Shown in pieces: positions 38,780 through 49,086 of a stretch of 64,000 nt of DNA (positions are counted from its first letter, which is position 1; each line of letters opens with the position of its first letter). Origin of the DNA: Pseudomonadota bacterium (GTDB lineage: Bacteria > Desulfobacterota > Desulfobacteria > Desulfobacterales > JBDRRP01); NCBI GenBank assembly GCA_043825735.1, contig JBDRRP010000027.1:1-64000 (forward strand), given 5' to 3'. A program made the translations under genes and the position numbers. The notes beneath the pieces are model-generated. The model was not told where the DNA came from. It worked only from the letters and a program-made list of their open reading frames with translations, and made no database searches.

Positions 38780-41700
38780 CACCCGCGCCCCCCGGTTACG
38801 CCGGGTTTATGAAAGATCAGCCACATGAGATCTCCGGCCGCCCCTGACGGCTCGCAGCGATCATGGGAGAACCCTGACCGGCAGATCCGTTCCACCAGGG
38901 CTTCAGGATGACGATAGGCTGGCCGGATGCCGGCCAGCGTCAACCGGGCGGTTTCAAAATGGTAGGTCCAGGTCTTTTGCCGGGCGGGGGGTATGGTTGC
39001 CCGCATGAGCAGTCGGCCGCCGGGCGCCATGGCGGCAATAAGCCCTGCCGCGGTCTGCTCCAGCGCGTCATCTGAAAGGTAGTGCACCATGTCCATCATG
39101 ACGGCCAGATCGGCCGCTGCAGGCATCGGCGGCAGGTCAGGGGCGGCGCCCACAATGACCGCGCCCCGACCGTCCAATGCCCGGTTGGCCACCGTGACCC
39201 GCCCCGGGTCCGGTTCGATGCCGCTCAGCGTTGCATCCGGATACGTCTCTGCCATCCAGCAGGCGGGCACTCCGAACCCGGTGCCGATGTCGATCACCGA
39301 ATGGACGGCCTCCGCCGCCGGCAGCAGGCCGGGCAGTTCGGTGAACATGGGATCCAGCCGCATCTTAAAGCGCGCGAACATCCGCGGATAGGCTTCGATG
39401 CGCGCGTAGCGGGCCATGACCCGCGCTCTCAGGCTGCCGCCGGCAGGGCGCAGCGGACGGCCGAAATACGATTTGAGCAGGGGGGGCAAAATGAGAAACG
39501 CCCCGGCAAGCGCGTAACCGATCCCCAATATGGACGTGAGCCCGGCGCTTCGCAGGATGCCGTGCTCGGCCGTGCACAACACCCCGAACCCGATGAGGGT
39601 GGAAAAGGCCGCCAGGAGCACCGCCACCCTGACCAATTTGAAATACGGATGGTCGATGTCCCGGTAGCGCTGGTAGGCGCACACGAGAAACAGTGCGTAA
39701 TCGACCCCCATACCCACCACGATGATGGCCAGCATCAGGGCCGGGATATCCAGCGCGTGCCCCATAAGGTTCAGGGTGCCCAGTGTGCAGACCATGGCAA
39801 ACACCACGGGTAAAAGGGCAATGAGGGTGAGCCGCAGATCCAGGAAAAAAATGATCAGGAGCACGACCACGCTGGCGCCCACCATGACCGCCATCCTTAA
39901 AAAAGTGGAAAACAGAAGATCGCCGAAGTGAGCGGAAAACGCCACCGGAGAAAACACCCGGCCGAACGGCGCAAGGCGGGTGGACAGCGGCGGGCCGCTT
40001 TCAGTGTCCGAAGAAAACGCCGAGAACTGGTGCCATCGGCCGTCATCGGCGCCCTTGTTGATGCCCACCAGCCGGTAAAGGTCGGCCGGCACCGGCACCG
40101 CGCCCGCCGGCACCGCGCCCGCCAGTGTGGATAGAAACGGTGAAAAGGCGTCGGCGGCAAATCCCGCCAAGTCAGCCTCGCGCGCAAGGTCCGCGGCCAG
40201 CGCGCCGACCCGCTCCGCGGACCAGAATGCCGTCCACGCCGCGCTGTTGGCCGCCGCCATGCGGGTTCCGGGAAACACCATGGCCGGGACGAAGCCGGCG
40301 ATGGCCTCCCCCGTGCCGGCGCGGTTTTGAATACTTTCCAGCAGCGCGTCACCGGCGTCCTGAAGCGCGGTCACGGTATCCGCACTCATCATGAGAAACG
40401 TGCGGTTGAAGGTATCGCCCCACACTTCCATGAGCTGCTTTTCAGCCGCCCGGGTGGCTGGGCTGACCGTGTTCATGGCGGCCAGATCGACATTGAACCG
40501 GGGCCAGGCGAAAAACAGCATTACCAGGGCGGCGACGGCGGCGGCGACAGCGCCCGGTTTTCCGGCCCGCATGAGGGCGTCGGCCAGGCGCTGCAGCGGC
40601 AGGGGCCGGGGGGCGGCAGCCGGCAGTGCCGGCATCATGCGGGGAAATACCGTGTGGATGGTAATAAACGAGAAAAAGATGCCCAGAGCGGAGAACTGCC
40701 CCAACTCGCTGAGCACCGGAAACCCGCTGAAGGCCAGCGCGGAAAAAGCCCCCACCGTTGTCAGCACGGCCAGAAGACCCACCGCCCACACTTCCCGGGA
40801 GGCATCCCGACCCAGCGTACGCTCCGGGCGATCGGCGAAAAGCAGATAGGCGATGCCGTGATCCACGGTGATGGAGATGATGGCCCCCCCGAAACCGAGC
40901 ACCATGATCGCGATCGAATCGTGAAACAGGGAATAGACAAAAAAGGCGATGAGGGTCCCCCACAGTGCCGGCAGCAGGGCCATGAGTCCGATATAGGGCC
41001 GCGGAAAACTGATGAGCAGCAGCACGGCGATGCCTATGGTCGCCAGCACGATGGCCATCTGAACGTCTTTGCGGATGATGGTCTCGTTATCGAGCGCCGC
41101 CCGGTACGCACCCATGGGGGTAACGGTGAGCGTTATCCCAGGACGCCCGAAGCGCTCCGGCACGCCGGCTTCAATGGTTGCCATCGCGGCCGCCAGGCGG
41201 CGCGCAAAGCCGGTGTCGGTTCCGGGCCTCAGAGGGCGCGCCACCACCATCACATGATCCCCGTCCGGTGAGAAAAGACGCCCCCGGTGAAACCGGATCC
41301 GGTCCGAGGGGGCCAGATAGCGCAGACGGGCCAGCACCGGTTCCCGGAGCCCCAGGGGATCGGCTTCAAAAAAAGCCGTCTGCCCGATGCCGTCCATCCC
41401 AGCCAGCTGCGCCTTCATGGCGGCCACCTTCTCCCGGATGCGCTCTGAAGATAGCCGGGGCGCCACCTGCTCGACCAGCTCGCTTTCCGAAAAGAGTACC
41501 GGCAGGTGGTGAAGCACGTGGGTCACCAGTGACATCCCCGCTTCCTGAAAGCCGGCCATGCCCACCTCGGAAAAAAGGCCGCTGTCGGTCAGGGCCGCTT
41601 CGACCCAGTCGGCGCAGGCGGCCAGGGTGTCGGCGTCGGGCGGCGTCATGCCGATGTCAACGGTGAGCTGGTCCTGGATGGGGTGGGCCCGGAATATGGC

Positions 41701-41850
41701 CACCGCGTCGGCAATGACCGGATCGTCTCCGGGCAGCGCGCTCATGACGTCCGTGTCGATGGTCAGCCGCATCCATCCCGCCGCAAACAGCGCCACGGTA
41801 AACAGGGTAAAAAGGATTATTGACGTCAAGGAACGGATGGTTTTTTTCAT
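38779..41850 (-). CDS. MMPL/RND exporter fused to a C-terminal methyltransferase
   Basis: Two TM blocks with TVDHGI and GMGVDYA; IDIGTGFG. Confidence 0.85.
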   Translation of the reverse strand: MKKTIRSLTSIILFTLFTVALFAAGWMRLTIDTDVMSALPGDDPVIADAVAIFRAHPIQDQLTVDIGMTPPDADTLAACADWVEAALTDSGLFSEVGMAGFQEAGMSLVTHVLHHLPVLFSESELVEQVAPRLSSERIREKVAAMKAQLAGMDGIGQTAFFEADPLGLREPVLARLRYLAPSDRIRFHRGRLFSPDGDHVMVVARPLRPGTDTGFARRLAAAMATIEAGVPERFGRPGITLTVTPMGAYRAALDNETIIRKDVQMAIVLATIGIAVLLLISFPRPYIGLMALLPALWGTLIAFFVYSLFHDSIAIMVLGFGGAIISITVDHGIAYLLFADRPERTLGRDASREVWAVGLLAVLTTVGAFSALAFSGFPVLSELGQFSALGIFFSFITIHTVFPRMMPALPAAAPRPLPLQRLADALMRAGKPGAVAAAVAALVMLFFAWPRFNVDLAAMNTVSPATRAAEKQLMEVWGDTFNRTFLMMSADTVTALQDAGDALLESIQNRAGTGEAIAGFVPAMVFPGTRMAAANSAAWTAFWSAERVGALAADLAREADLAGFAADAFSPFLSTLAGAVPAGAVPVPADLYRLVGINKGADDGRWHQFSAFSSDTESGPPLSTRLAPFGRVFSPVAFSAHFGDLLFSTFLRMAVMVGASVVVLLIIFFLDLRLTLIALLPVVFAMVCTLGTLNLMGHALDIPALMLAIIVVGMGVDYALFLVCAYQRYRDIDHPYFKLVRVAVLLAAFSTLIGFGVLCTAEHGILRSAGLTSILGIGYALAGAFLILPPLLKSYFGRPLRPAGGSLRARVMARYARIEAYPRMFARFKMRLDPMFTELPGLLPAAEAVHSVIDIGTGFGVPACWMAETYPDATLSGIEPDPGRVTVANRALDGRGAVIVGAAPDLPPMPAAADLAVMMDMVHYLSDDALEQTAAGLIAAMAPGGRLLMRATIPPARQKTWTYHFETARLTLAGIRPAYRHPEALVERICRSGFSHDRCEPSGAAGDLMWLIFHKPGVTGGRG

Positions 41851-41912
41851 AATTATTTATACGGTCATACAGAATGCACCAGTTGGTCTGTTCACAACGG
41901 CATTACCCTGAA

Positions 41913-42039
41913 TCACGCAACGACGCAAAGGCGCAACGAAAATCATGAATTATCAAGGCTTCGCCGGGTAAAACCAAATGCCTCTTGTCGCTGTCGGAGT
42001 CAATCGCGGTTTTCGTTGCGTCGTTGCGGCGTTGCGCGA
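41913..42039. repeat. CGCAACG-variant triple inverted arm pair
   Basis: TCACGCAACGACGCAAAGGCGCAACG ... CGTTGCGTCGTTGCGGCGTTGCGCGA. Confidence 0.75.
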
Positions 42040-42126
42040 GACGTGTTTTTACGGCACAGCCGAGTATCTCCGACCTGCTCCTGTGGGCCAGGTTTTTAAG
42101 CAGGATAAAAATACCCCGGTGGCCGG

Positions 42127-42828
42127 TCATCGAAGCAGCCATGCCAGCGCGAGCGCGCCGACAACGGCATGGCCGAAAAGAACCGCCCACCGGTTCCGGT
42201 GGTACCACTCGTTGATTTTCTGGATACGCTTGAGACCGCCAAAGGCGCGCCGACATCGGTCGAGCCATTTCAGGCGGCGATTGTCCGTCGGGGCGTCGCT
42301 CTGAAAGGCAAAGGCCGGATATACCGCGTAGCAGTGCGACGCCAAGCGCTGCAACATAGCATCATAGGGCGCGTGCCGCCACGGCATTTCGGCGATTTGC
42401 CGGGCCAGCGGTCGGTTGACGACGTAGGCATGTGACAGGCTTCGGTAGCGCACGCTCAGGGTCGCCGGATTTTCCGTGCGCCGGGAGCCGGTCACCAGTG
42501 CGCCGAAAAGAAGGAGATCCCACTGAGGACAGGACTTAAGGTAGTCAAGGCACTGGCTGAGCCGGTGAGGACTGTAGCGCTCGATTACCACGTCGTCTTC
42601 GAACACGGCAATGCGCGCTGCGCCGGCGTCAAGCCCACTTCGGATGCAGGCCTGGTGGGATTCGAAAATCCCCTGCTCAGGGTCAACCGGATGACGCCGG
42701 GCCACGTAAAACAAGACCCGGTCCAAAAGGCCCAGTTCACGAAAGGCCGCCTCGGCTGATCGCCGTCGATCGGGCCGTTCGTGGAGGGTGATGCAGTAGA
42801 TCCGGTCGAAAAATTCCCAACCTGTCAT
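42127..42828 (-). CDS. Glycosyltransferase family 25-like protein
   Basis: IYCITL.ERPDRR, ESH, VFEDD, HAYVVN. Confidence 0.8.
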   Translation of the reverse strand: MTGWEFFDRIYCITLHERPDRRRSAEAAFRELGLLDRVLFYVARRHPVDPEQGIFESHQACIRSGLDAGAARIAVFEDDVVIERYSPHRLSQCLDYLKSCPQWDLLLFGALVTGSRRTENPATLSVRYRSLSHAYVVNRPLARQIAEMPWRHAPYDAMLQRLASHCYAVYPAFAFQSDAPTDNRRLKWLDRCRRAFGGLKRIQKINEWYHRNRWAVLFGHAVVGALALAWLLR

Positions 42829-42900
42829 AATCGCTTCCCGAGCAAATTGTTTTACGCTTATGCAGAAAGCGCCAGTTGGTCTTTCCCCACAGTGATATTG

Positions 42901-42986
42901 AACCACGGAGTCACAGAGGACACGGAGATTTTATAGTCAAAATCAATACCATTTGCGTTTCTCCGTGCCCTCCGTGACTCCGTGGT
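42901..42986. repeat. Empty triple-CACGGAG arm pair
   Basis: Closely similar in arms and spacer to 14256-14338. Confidence 0.85.
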
Positions 42987-43187
42987 GATCACAATGTCAT
43001 CGGGAACACCGGTCGTTCACGCTAAACTGGAGCTTCATAGATACGCGGAAATTGTTTTTAGGGTATTCTTCGTGCACTTCGCCTCCTTCGTGGTTCCGAA
43101 CGCAGATCTGTTTTAGCGACCATGCCTCATGTCGTAAGAGCACTGCCGGTTGACGGTGAGACGGGGGGATGCTTAAATCGGCCCATC

Positions 43188-43607
43188 ATGATGCACCGTC
43201 TTATTCAAAAAATCGCCGCCCGCCCCAGTGTCCGTGAGGCCATCGCCGATGGGGCCGATTTGAGCGCTTTCAAAGCGCGCCCTTCCCTGCGCATCCTGCT
43301 GGGCGTGTTTCTGATCGCATTCAGCTACGTCATCGGCTGGCCCCTGGTGGGGGGCCTCGGGACCCTGGCCGTCGTCTTAAAGCAGCCGCTCATCGCCGTC
43401 ATCGGCGGTCCCCTGGCCTACGGGCTCTCACACCTGGTGTTTTTGCTGGGGATGTTTCTCGCCGGTGCCAAGTACTCCCGCATCTTCCTGCGCTGGGCCA
43501 CCCGCGTGGCGGTGGAAGGCCTCATCACGCGCTTTCCTCCGCCGGCAGCGCCCCCGCAGAATGTGGCCGCCGATGCTCCGTCGCCGCCGCCACCCCCGCA
43601 ATCTTGA
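43188..43607 (+). CDS. Hypothetical membrane protein
   Basis: Two hydrophobic segments; GC3-rich codon use. Confidence 0.65.
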   Translation: MMHRLIQKIAARPSVREAIADGADLSAFKARPSLRILLGVFLIAFSYVIGWPLVGGLGTLAVVLKQPLIAVIGGPLAYGLSHLVFLLGMFLAGAKYSRIFLRWATRVAVEGLITRFPPPAAPPQNVAADAPSPPPPPQS

Positions 43608-43739
43608 TGGCTATGAAAAAAGTCTCAAATCACCACAGAGGACGCAGAGACCACAGAGATAACCCATTAATTATTATACATATTCTCTGCGTCCCTCTGC
43701 GCTCTCTGCGGTTCAAAATTACTTTTTTCGGTTTCATCA
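43605..43739. mobile_element. MITE-A (135 bp)
   Basis: TGATGG..TTCATCA ends with ATCT duplicated (43601-43604, 43740-43743). Confidence 0.75.
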
Positions 43740-43745
43740 ATCTTC

Positions 43746-45233
43746 TCAGCCGCCGGCAGTGGCGTCAAACAGCGTAAAAAGATGATCATCGATCATGTCG
43801 TGCCACACGGTCCATGACGCGGCAGCGTCCACCAGAAGCCGGCTCTCGCCATCGCCGATCGCCGTGATCTGAACTCGGGTCATGGCCTGGGCAAGGGTCA
43901 TCCCCAGGGCTTTGGCAGCCGCCTCTTTTGCCGTCCATACCCGCACGGCCGCCGGCGCCGGCCCCATGGACGCGGCCGCCACCAGCGCCTGCTCGGCGGC
44001 GGACATGTATATTCTTTGCGTCTTGAGGGCTCTGGGCGTCGCCGGCTCCACATCCACGCCGATGGCCGTCGGGCCGGCCACGGCCACGGCAAAACGGCCG
44101 TCATGAGCCACCGAACAGAAGGCCGCCGGCGGGCAGACCGGCCTCGGGTCATCGGCCGATACGGTGATGATGGTATCGGCCGGTGCGTTGTGCCAGTGAG
44201 CGGAAAACGACCGGGCCAGCCGCTTGCAGGCGATCCGGGCCGCCAGAAAGCTGCGCTGCCGGCGCGCCCCCATGACAGCAAAGCGCTCGGCCTCCGCCGG
44301 CGCCAGGGCGCTTCGGGCAATGGTGGTGACGGCGGCCAACTCAACGATGCGAACCGCTGCCGTGCGCGCGGTCAGGTGCTCGGGGCCGGGCGCTCCGCAC
44401 CCCGCCCGAATCCAGGCCGGCGGCAGCCACCGGCCGCCGCTCACATCGCGCATCTCCACACCGATCGCCGCCTCGCAGGGGCTGCCGTCCTCGTTGCAGA
44501 TCCAGATATCAAAAAGTAGATGATCGCCGGTCATTGAAACGGGAAACACCCGGCCCAGATAACGCCCGCCGGCCGACGTGGGCGAAAACACGCACCGCCG
44601 GGCGATCGCCACGGGAAATGCGACCACACCGGCAAACCGCTGCCCCCACACACAGGCCGCGTGAAACGCCGCGTCCAGAGGAAAGGGGGAGCCGAGGGGA
44701 CGCTCGCCGGCGGCCGCCAGATCCGGGGCCGCCAGTGGCGCCACGGCGCCGTCCGCCGACAGCAGCAGGGGGCCGTCGATATTGCGATAGGCCTGCCCGA
44801 AGGGCACCAGCTCTCGATACACGGCCGCCGCATCCACGGTGAAGCATACGCCTTCCAGGGCGCCCATCACATCCGCCGGTGGCGGTATCGGCGGATCGTC
44901 CTCCCGGTCAAAGGACACCTGGCCGTGGGTCTTTGTCCGGGTGATCCCGGAGGTGCCGGCCGTGACCCGGGTGCTCAGCGCGGCGGTCACCCGTCCGGCA
45001 GGATCCTGACTCAGATCGACAACGGCGTCGACGGCTGCCGCATCCGCCGCAATGGTGAGGAAGCGCTCGAATCGGGCGCCGCGCATCCGGGTCACCACCG
45101 CCGCCGGCAGGTGGCTGTGGACCGTAGCGGCCAGGACCTGCAGGGTATCCACCGCCGGAAGCACCGCTTGCCCTGCAAACCGATGGTCCTGGTGGTGAGG
45201 GCCGATGGCCAGCGTTACTGAAAGCCGTTTCAC
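43746..45233 (-). CDS. PKS-type double-hotdog dehydratase fused to a 4'-phosphopantetheinyl transferase
   Basis: DHRFAGQAVLP, LDAAFH; SVAH, IGVDVE, WTAKEAAAK. Confidence 0.8.
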   Translation of the reverse strand: MKRLSVTLAIGPHHQDHRFAGQAVLPAVDTLQVLAATVHSHLPAAVVTRMRGARFERFLTIAADAAAVDAVVDLSQDPAGRVTAALSTRVTAGTSGITRTKTHGQVSFDREDDPPIPPPADVMGALEGVCFTVDAAAVYRELVPFGQAYRNIDGPLLLSADGAVAPLAAPDLAAAGERPLGSPFPLDAAFHAACVWGQRFAGVVAFPVAIARRCVFSPTSAGGRYLGRVFPVSMTGDHLLFDIWICNEDGSPCEAAIGVEMRDVSGGRWLPPAWIRAGCGAPGPEHLTARTAAVRIVELAAVTTIARSALAPAEAERFAVMGARRQRSFLAARIACKRLARSFSAHWHNAPADTIITVSADDPRPVCPPAAFCSVAHDGRFAVAVAGPTAIGVDVEPATPRALKTQRIYMSAAEQALVAAASMGPAPAAVRVWTAKEAAAKALGMTLAQAMTRVQITAIGDGESRLLVDAAASWTVWHDMIDDHLFTLFDATAGG

Positions 45234-45709
45234 CGCGGGAAGGTGTCCCATAGATAGGCCGTCTTCTCGTCGATTTCCACCGGCACGCCGTTGCCGTTGA
45301 TCGCGCAGTGGCGGGTAAATCCCTTGCAGACGATCTCTCCGGTGGGCTCATGGGTGATGGTGTAATCGAAGGTCAGGCGCACGCGTTCCATATGGGCCAG
45401 GCGGGTATGGATCAGCATGATGTCATCGTAGTGCAGCGGTCTGAAGTAATCGATACCGATCTTGACGATGGGATAGCTGGTGCCGCTGTCCTCGATTTCC
45501 TTGTAGGAATAAGCCACATCCCGCATCAGGGCGGCCCGGCCCACCTCGAAGTAGCGCAGGTAGTTGGCGTGGTAGACGACGCCGGCGCGGTCGGTATCGG
45601 CATACAGGGTCCGTAGCGCGCAAAAATGCCAGATGAGACCGGTGGTGGCATCGGCAACGAAGCGCTCGTCAGGGGTGTACGGGGCCGGTTTGAATGGCTT
45701 TGGCTTCAT
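45230..45709 (-). CDS. 4-HBT/YbgC-family thioesterase
   Basis: YADTDRAGVVYHANYLRYFE.GR. Confidence 0.9.
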   Translation of the reverse strand: MKPKPFKPAPYTPDERFVADATTGLIWHFCALRTLYADTDRAGVVYHANYLRYFEVGRAALMRDVAYSYKEIEDSGTSYPIVKIGIDYFRPLHYDDIMLIHTRLAHMERVRLTFDYTITHEPTGEIVCKGFTRHCAINGNGVPVEIDEKTAYLWDTFPR

Positions 45710-45710
45710 G

Positions 45711-46976
45711 TCACACTCCCCTGAAAACGAGGCAGCAGTTTGTGCCGCCGAATCCGAATGCATTGGTTAAAAAAAACTCATAGCTGCCGGCCCGGGCCCG
45801 ATTGGGGACCACATCCACATCACCCAGCGCCGGGTCCGGAATATGATTCACCGTCGGAAGCAGCATGCCCCGCTGCATGGCCTCGATACCCAGGGCCGCC
45901 TCGATGGCCGCCGCCGCCCCCAACGTATGGCCGATCTGCGATTTGTTGGCAGACACGGGCACATTCGGTAGCCGCGCGCCGAAGACCTCCCGCAGGCTCT
46001 CGATCTCCGTGGCATCCCCTTTCTGGGTCGATGTGCCGTGGGCGTTGACCGTGCCGATGTCGGCAGCGCTGAGCCCGGCATCATCGATGGCCTGCCGGAT
46101 CGCCCGCACGATGGTGGCGCGGTTGGGCAGTGTGAAGTGAACCGCGTCGGAAGTCCAGCCCACCCCCATGACCTCGGCCCGGGCGGTGAGGCCGAACACC
46201 GGCAGCATCTCTTCGGCGGCCAGCACCAGCACGCCGGCTCCTTCGCTGAGAACGATGCCCCGGCGATCGAGGCTGAAGGGACGGCAAGCCTGGGAAGGAT
46301 CGTTCCATGCCCGGTCTTCGGGGCCCACCTTGATGGTGGCCCACATGTTGGCAAATCCCTGGATGATCTCCGGCACAAGACAGGTTTCGGCGCCGCCGGC
46401 CAGCACAAAATCGCAATCGCCGTCACGGATCATGCGCGCACCGATGGCGATGGCGTGATTGCCCGAAGCGCACGCCCCCTGAGGGGAAAAAATCGGTCCG
46501 GTAAATCCCAGCTTCATCCCGGCCTTTCCGGCAGGCAAGTTGGCGCACAGGTTGGGCAGCAGGTACGGGCTCACCTTGAGGGGCCCCAGCCGGGTATAGT
46601 TGTCCATGGCGATGCGGTAGGCGTCGGTGCCGTTGAGCGCCGATCCCATGAGGCAGGCGGTACGGGGACCGGTGTCCGCATCCATGACCAGGCCGGCGTT
46701 GACCAGGGCGCCTTCGCAGGCCATCACGGTCAGAGGAACGACATTGGCATTCCAGTTGTAGGCATCGCGCCCCCCCAGGATCTTCATCGCCAGGGGATCC
46801 CAGTCCGGCAACTCGCCGACCACGTTGCTCCGGGAAGTCACCTCACACCGGGTCACCCGCCGGAAAGCGGCTTTGCCTGCCGCGGCCGCCGCCCAGGTGG
46901 CCTCCAGGCTCAGCCCCAAAGGGGTCACCGTCTCATAGCCAATGACAAACACGCGTCTGTTGAGGGGCGCTTTCAT
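45711..46976 (-). CDS. Beta-ketoacyl-ACP synthase (FabF-like)
   Basis: GACASG, NAHGTST, KSQIGH, FGFGG. Confidence 0.92.
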   Translation of the reverse strand: MKAPLNRRVFVIGYETVTPLGLSLEATWAAAAAGKAAFRRVTRCEVTSRSNVVGELPDWDPLAMKILGGRDAYNWNANVVPLTVMACEGALVNAGLVMDADTGPRTACLMGSALNGTDAYRIAMDNYTRLGPLKVSPYLLPNLCANLPAGKAGMKLGFTGPIFSPQGACASGNHAIAIGARMIRDGDCDFVLAGGAETCLVPEIIQGFANMWATIKVGPEDRAWNDPSQACRPFSLDRRGIVLSEGAGVLVLAAEEMLPVFGLTARAEVMGVGWTSDAVHFTLPNRATIVRAIRQAIDDAGLSAADIGTVNAHGTSTQKGDATEIESLREVFGARLPNVPVSANKSQIGHTLGAAAAIEAALGIEAMQRGMLLPTVNHIPDPALGDVDVVPNRARAGSYEFFLTNAFGFGGTNCCLVFRGV

Positions 46977-47027
46977 TGAGTGTTATCTATCCACTGTTAT
47001 TGATATTCTTTCATTTCTGCTTTTTTT

Positions 47028-47524
47028 CTCTGCGCCCCTGCGTCTCTGCGCGAGTAATTGTTTTTCTTCGTGCACTTCGTGTGCTTCGTGGTTCTCATTC
47101 AGTGCTACGGGCACGTCAGCTTGATGATTGTGCGTAACCAGGCAATCCAATTCAGAATCGCTGAAACCAAAACCCGTTCTCGCGCAGAGCCGCAGGGGCG
47201 CAGAGAACTGCAAGTAGTTTGAAACCCAGAAAATCGAACATCTTTTCCAGCATCGGCTGCTGTCATCCAATGTGAAACCGAATTCGCGCCGCAGGCGTTT
47301 CGCCCTGATTTTCTTGGCGTTCTTGGCGTCTTGGCGAGAGGATCTCTATTTGGTTTTTCCATTCATCATTCGATGTTGGATGTTCGATGTTCGTTTTGCT
47401 CTGCGTCTCAGCGTCTCCGCGCGAGTAATTGTTTTGTCGCATCTCAGTTTCAGTAGTTCTCTGCGTCTGAGCGTCTCCGTGCGAGTAATTGTTTTTCTTC
47501 GTGCCCTTCGTGTTCTTCGTGGTT
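47028..47524. repeat. Array of triple-7-mer arm variants and heptamer repeats between two KS genes
   Basis: At least seven arms (CGCAGAG, CACGAAG and CGCCAAG variants). Confidence 0.8.
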
Positions 47525-47542
47525 GATCCCCCGACGCAATCG

Positions 47543-48808
47543 CTACGCCAGATTCCGCAACACGATACACGCATTGCAGCCGCCGAACCCAAAGGCGTTT
47601 TTCAGCACATACTCCTGAGCGACACTGCGCCGCTCACCCGTTGCGGTGCCCAAGGGGATGCCCGGATCCGGAGAATAATTGATGGTCGGAGGCAGTTGGC
47701 CGCCGGCCATGCCTTTCAGGGCAAAGACCGTTTCGATGGCGCTGGAGGCCCCCATGGCGTGACCCATGAGCGACTTGTTGGCGGTCACGGGCGGGATTTT
47801 TCCACCGAACAGGGCATCCATGGCGTCAAATTCCACCTGATCTCCGATCCGGGTGGCGGCGGCATGGGCATTGACCGCATCCACCGCCTCCGGGGCGATG
47901 CCCGCATCGGCGACGGCCTCGGCCATGCAGCGCTGCACCGTTTCCCGCCGGGGCGCCACCACATGATAGGCATCCGATGTCATGGACCATCCGGCCACTG
48001 CGGCCAGCGGGCGCAGACCGTGGGCGGCAGCAAACTGCCGAGTCGCAAGGATCAGGCAGGCGGCGCCCTCGGAAACCACGAACCCGCGCCGGTTCAGTGA
48101 AAAGGGGCGGCTGGCCGCCGACGGCGGCCCGTCCGGCTCCCCGTCCCTGGGTTCATAGGCCCCGTTCATGGTGGCGAAACCGGCGACGATGGGCGCCGTC
48201 AGTGGAAAGTCCACCGCCCCGCAGATGGCCACGTCCGCCCGGCCCTGGGCCATCAGCATGGCAGCGATGATCATCGATGCCGCACCGGTGGCGCAGGCAG
48301 ACACCGGTGTGGTGATGGGCCCGGTGGCGCCGGTGTGGATGGACACTTTGCCGGTGACCATGTTGATACAGGCGTTGGGGTTGGCAAACGGGTGCGGCAG
48401 TTTTCCGGCCCCCATGAGCTGCCGGTCGGCGGCAAGAACGGCATCGAGCCCGCCGATGGCCGATCCGTAGGTCACCGCCGTGCGCCCGGCGATATCGGGG
48501 GTAATGGTGATCCCGCTGGCGGCGAGCGCCCGGTCCACGCTGAGCAGGGCGTATTTGAACAAGGGAGAGGTCCACTTGGCCTGCTCACGGGGTTTCAGAA
48601 ACGGCAGGGGCAGGTGATCGATGCCGTCCACTTCTCCGGCGATCCGGACAGGAAACCCTTCGGGCAGCGGGAACCGCGTCAAAGGGCCGACCCCGCTCAC
48701 ACCGTCCAGGGCGCTTTCCCACTGCCGGTCCAGATCGATCCCCAGCGGAGAGATCGCATCCATGCCGATAATGACCGCTGATTTGGGATTCATGGTGCCC
48801 ATTGACAT
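47543..48808 (-). CDS. Beta-ketoacyl-ACP synthase (FabF-like)
   Basis: SACATG, NAHA, KSLMGH, FGFGG. Confidence 0.92.
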   Translation of the reverse strand: MSMGTMNPKSAVIIGMDAISPLGIDLDRQWESALDGVSGVGPLTRFPLPEGFPVRIAGEVDGIDHLPLPFLKPREQAKWTSPLFKYALLSVDRALAASGITITPDIAGRTAVTYGSAIGGLDAVLAADRQLMGAGKLPHPFANPNACINMVTGKVSIHTGATGPITTPVSACATGAASMIIAAMLMAQGRADVAICGAVDFPLTAPIVAGFATMNGAYEPRDGEPDGPPSAASRPFSLNRRGFVVSEGAACLILATRQFAAAHGLRPLAAVAGWSMTSDAYHVVAPRRETVQRCMAEAVADAGIAPEAVDAVNAHAAATRIGDQVEFDAMDALFGGKIPPVTANKSLMGHAMGASSAIETVFALKGMAGGQLPPTINYSPDPGIPLGTATGERRSVAQEYVLKNAFGFGGCNACIVLRNLA

Positions 48809-48948
48809 GCCTGCCCGTTTTTACCCTATTGCTTGGTGTTACACGGTTCTCCAATTGCGCCGTTCAGCGATACGAACACCCAGCCAAAGCCCCGGCGATT
48901 AAATACACTGCGTTCCAGCGCGGTGACGGCCGCAACTGGAAAAACATC

Positions 48949-49033
48949 TCGCGCAGAGACGCTGAGACGCAGAGAAAATCGCACCCGCAATTCCTTTTCC
49001 TGTAGTACTCTGCGCCTCGGCGCCTCTGCGCGA
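48949..49033. repeat. CGCAGAG-type inverted arm pair
   Basis: TCGCGCAGAGACGCTGAGACGCAGAG ... CTCTGCGCCTCGGCGCCTCTGCGCGA. Confidence 0.85.
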
Positions 49034-49086
49034 AAACCGGTTTTGTGTTGCGGCGATACTGCGCGTGGCCGCCTGCCGCGGAAATC

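Noticed and set aside
47399..47524. CRISPR-like repeat/spacer periodicity
   Set aside because: Only two 60-bp-period units, repeats are degenerate members of the dispersed arm family, and there are no cas genes
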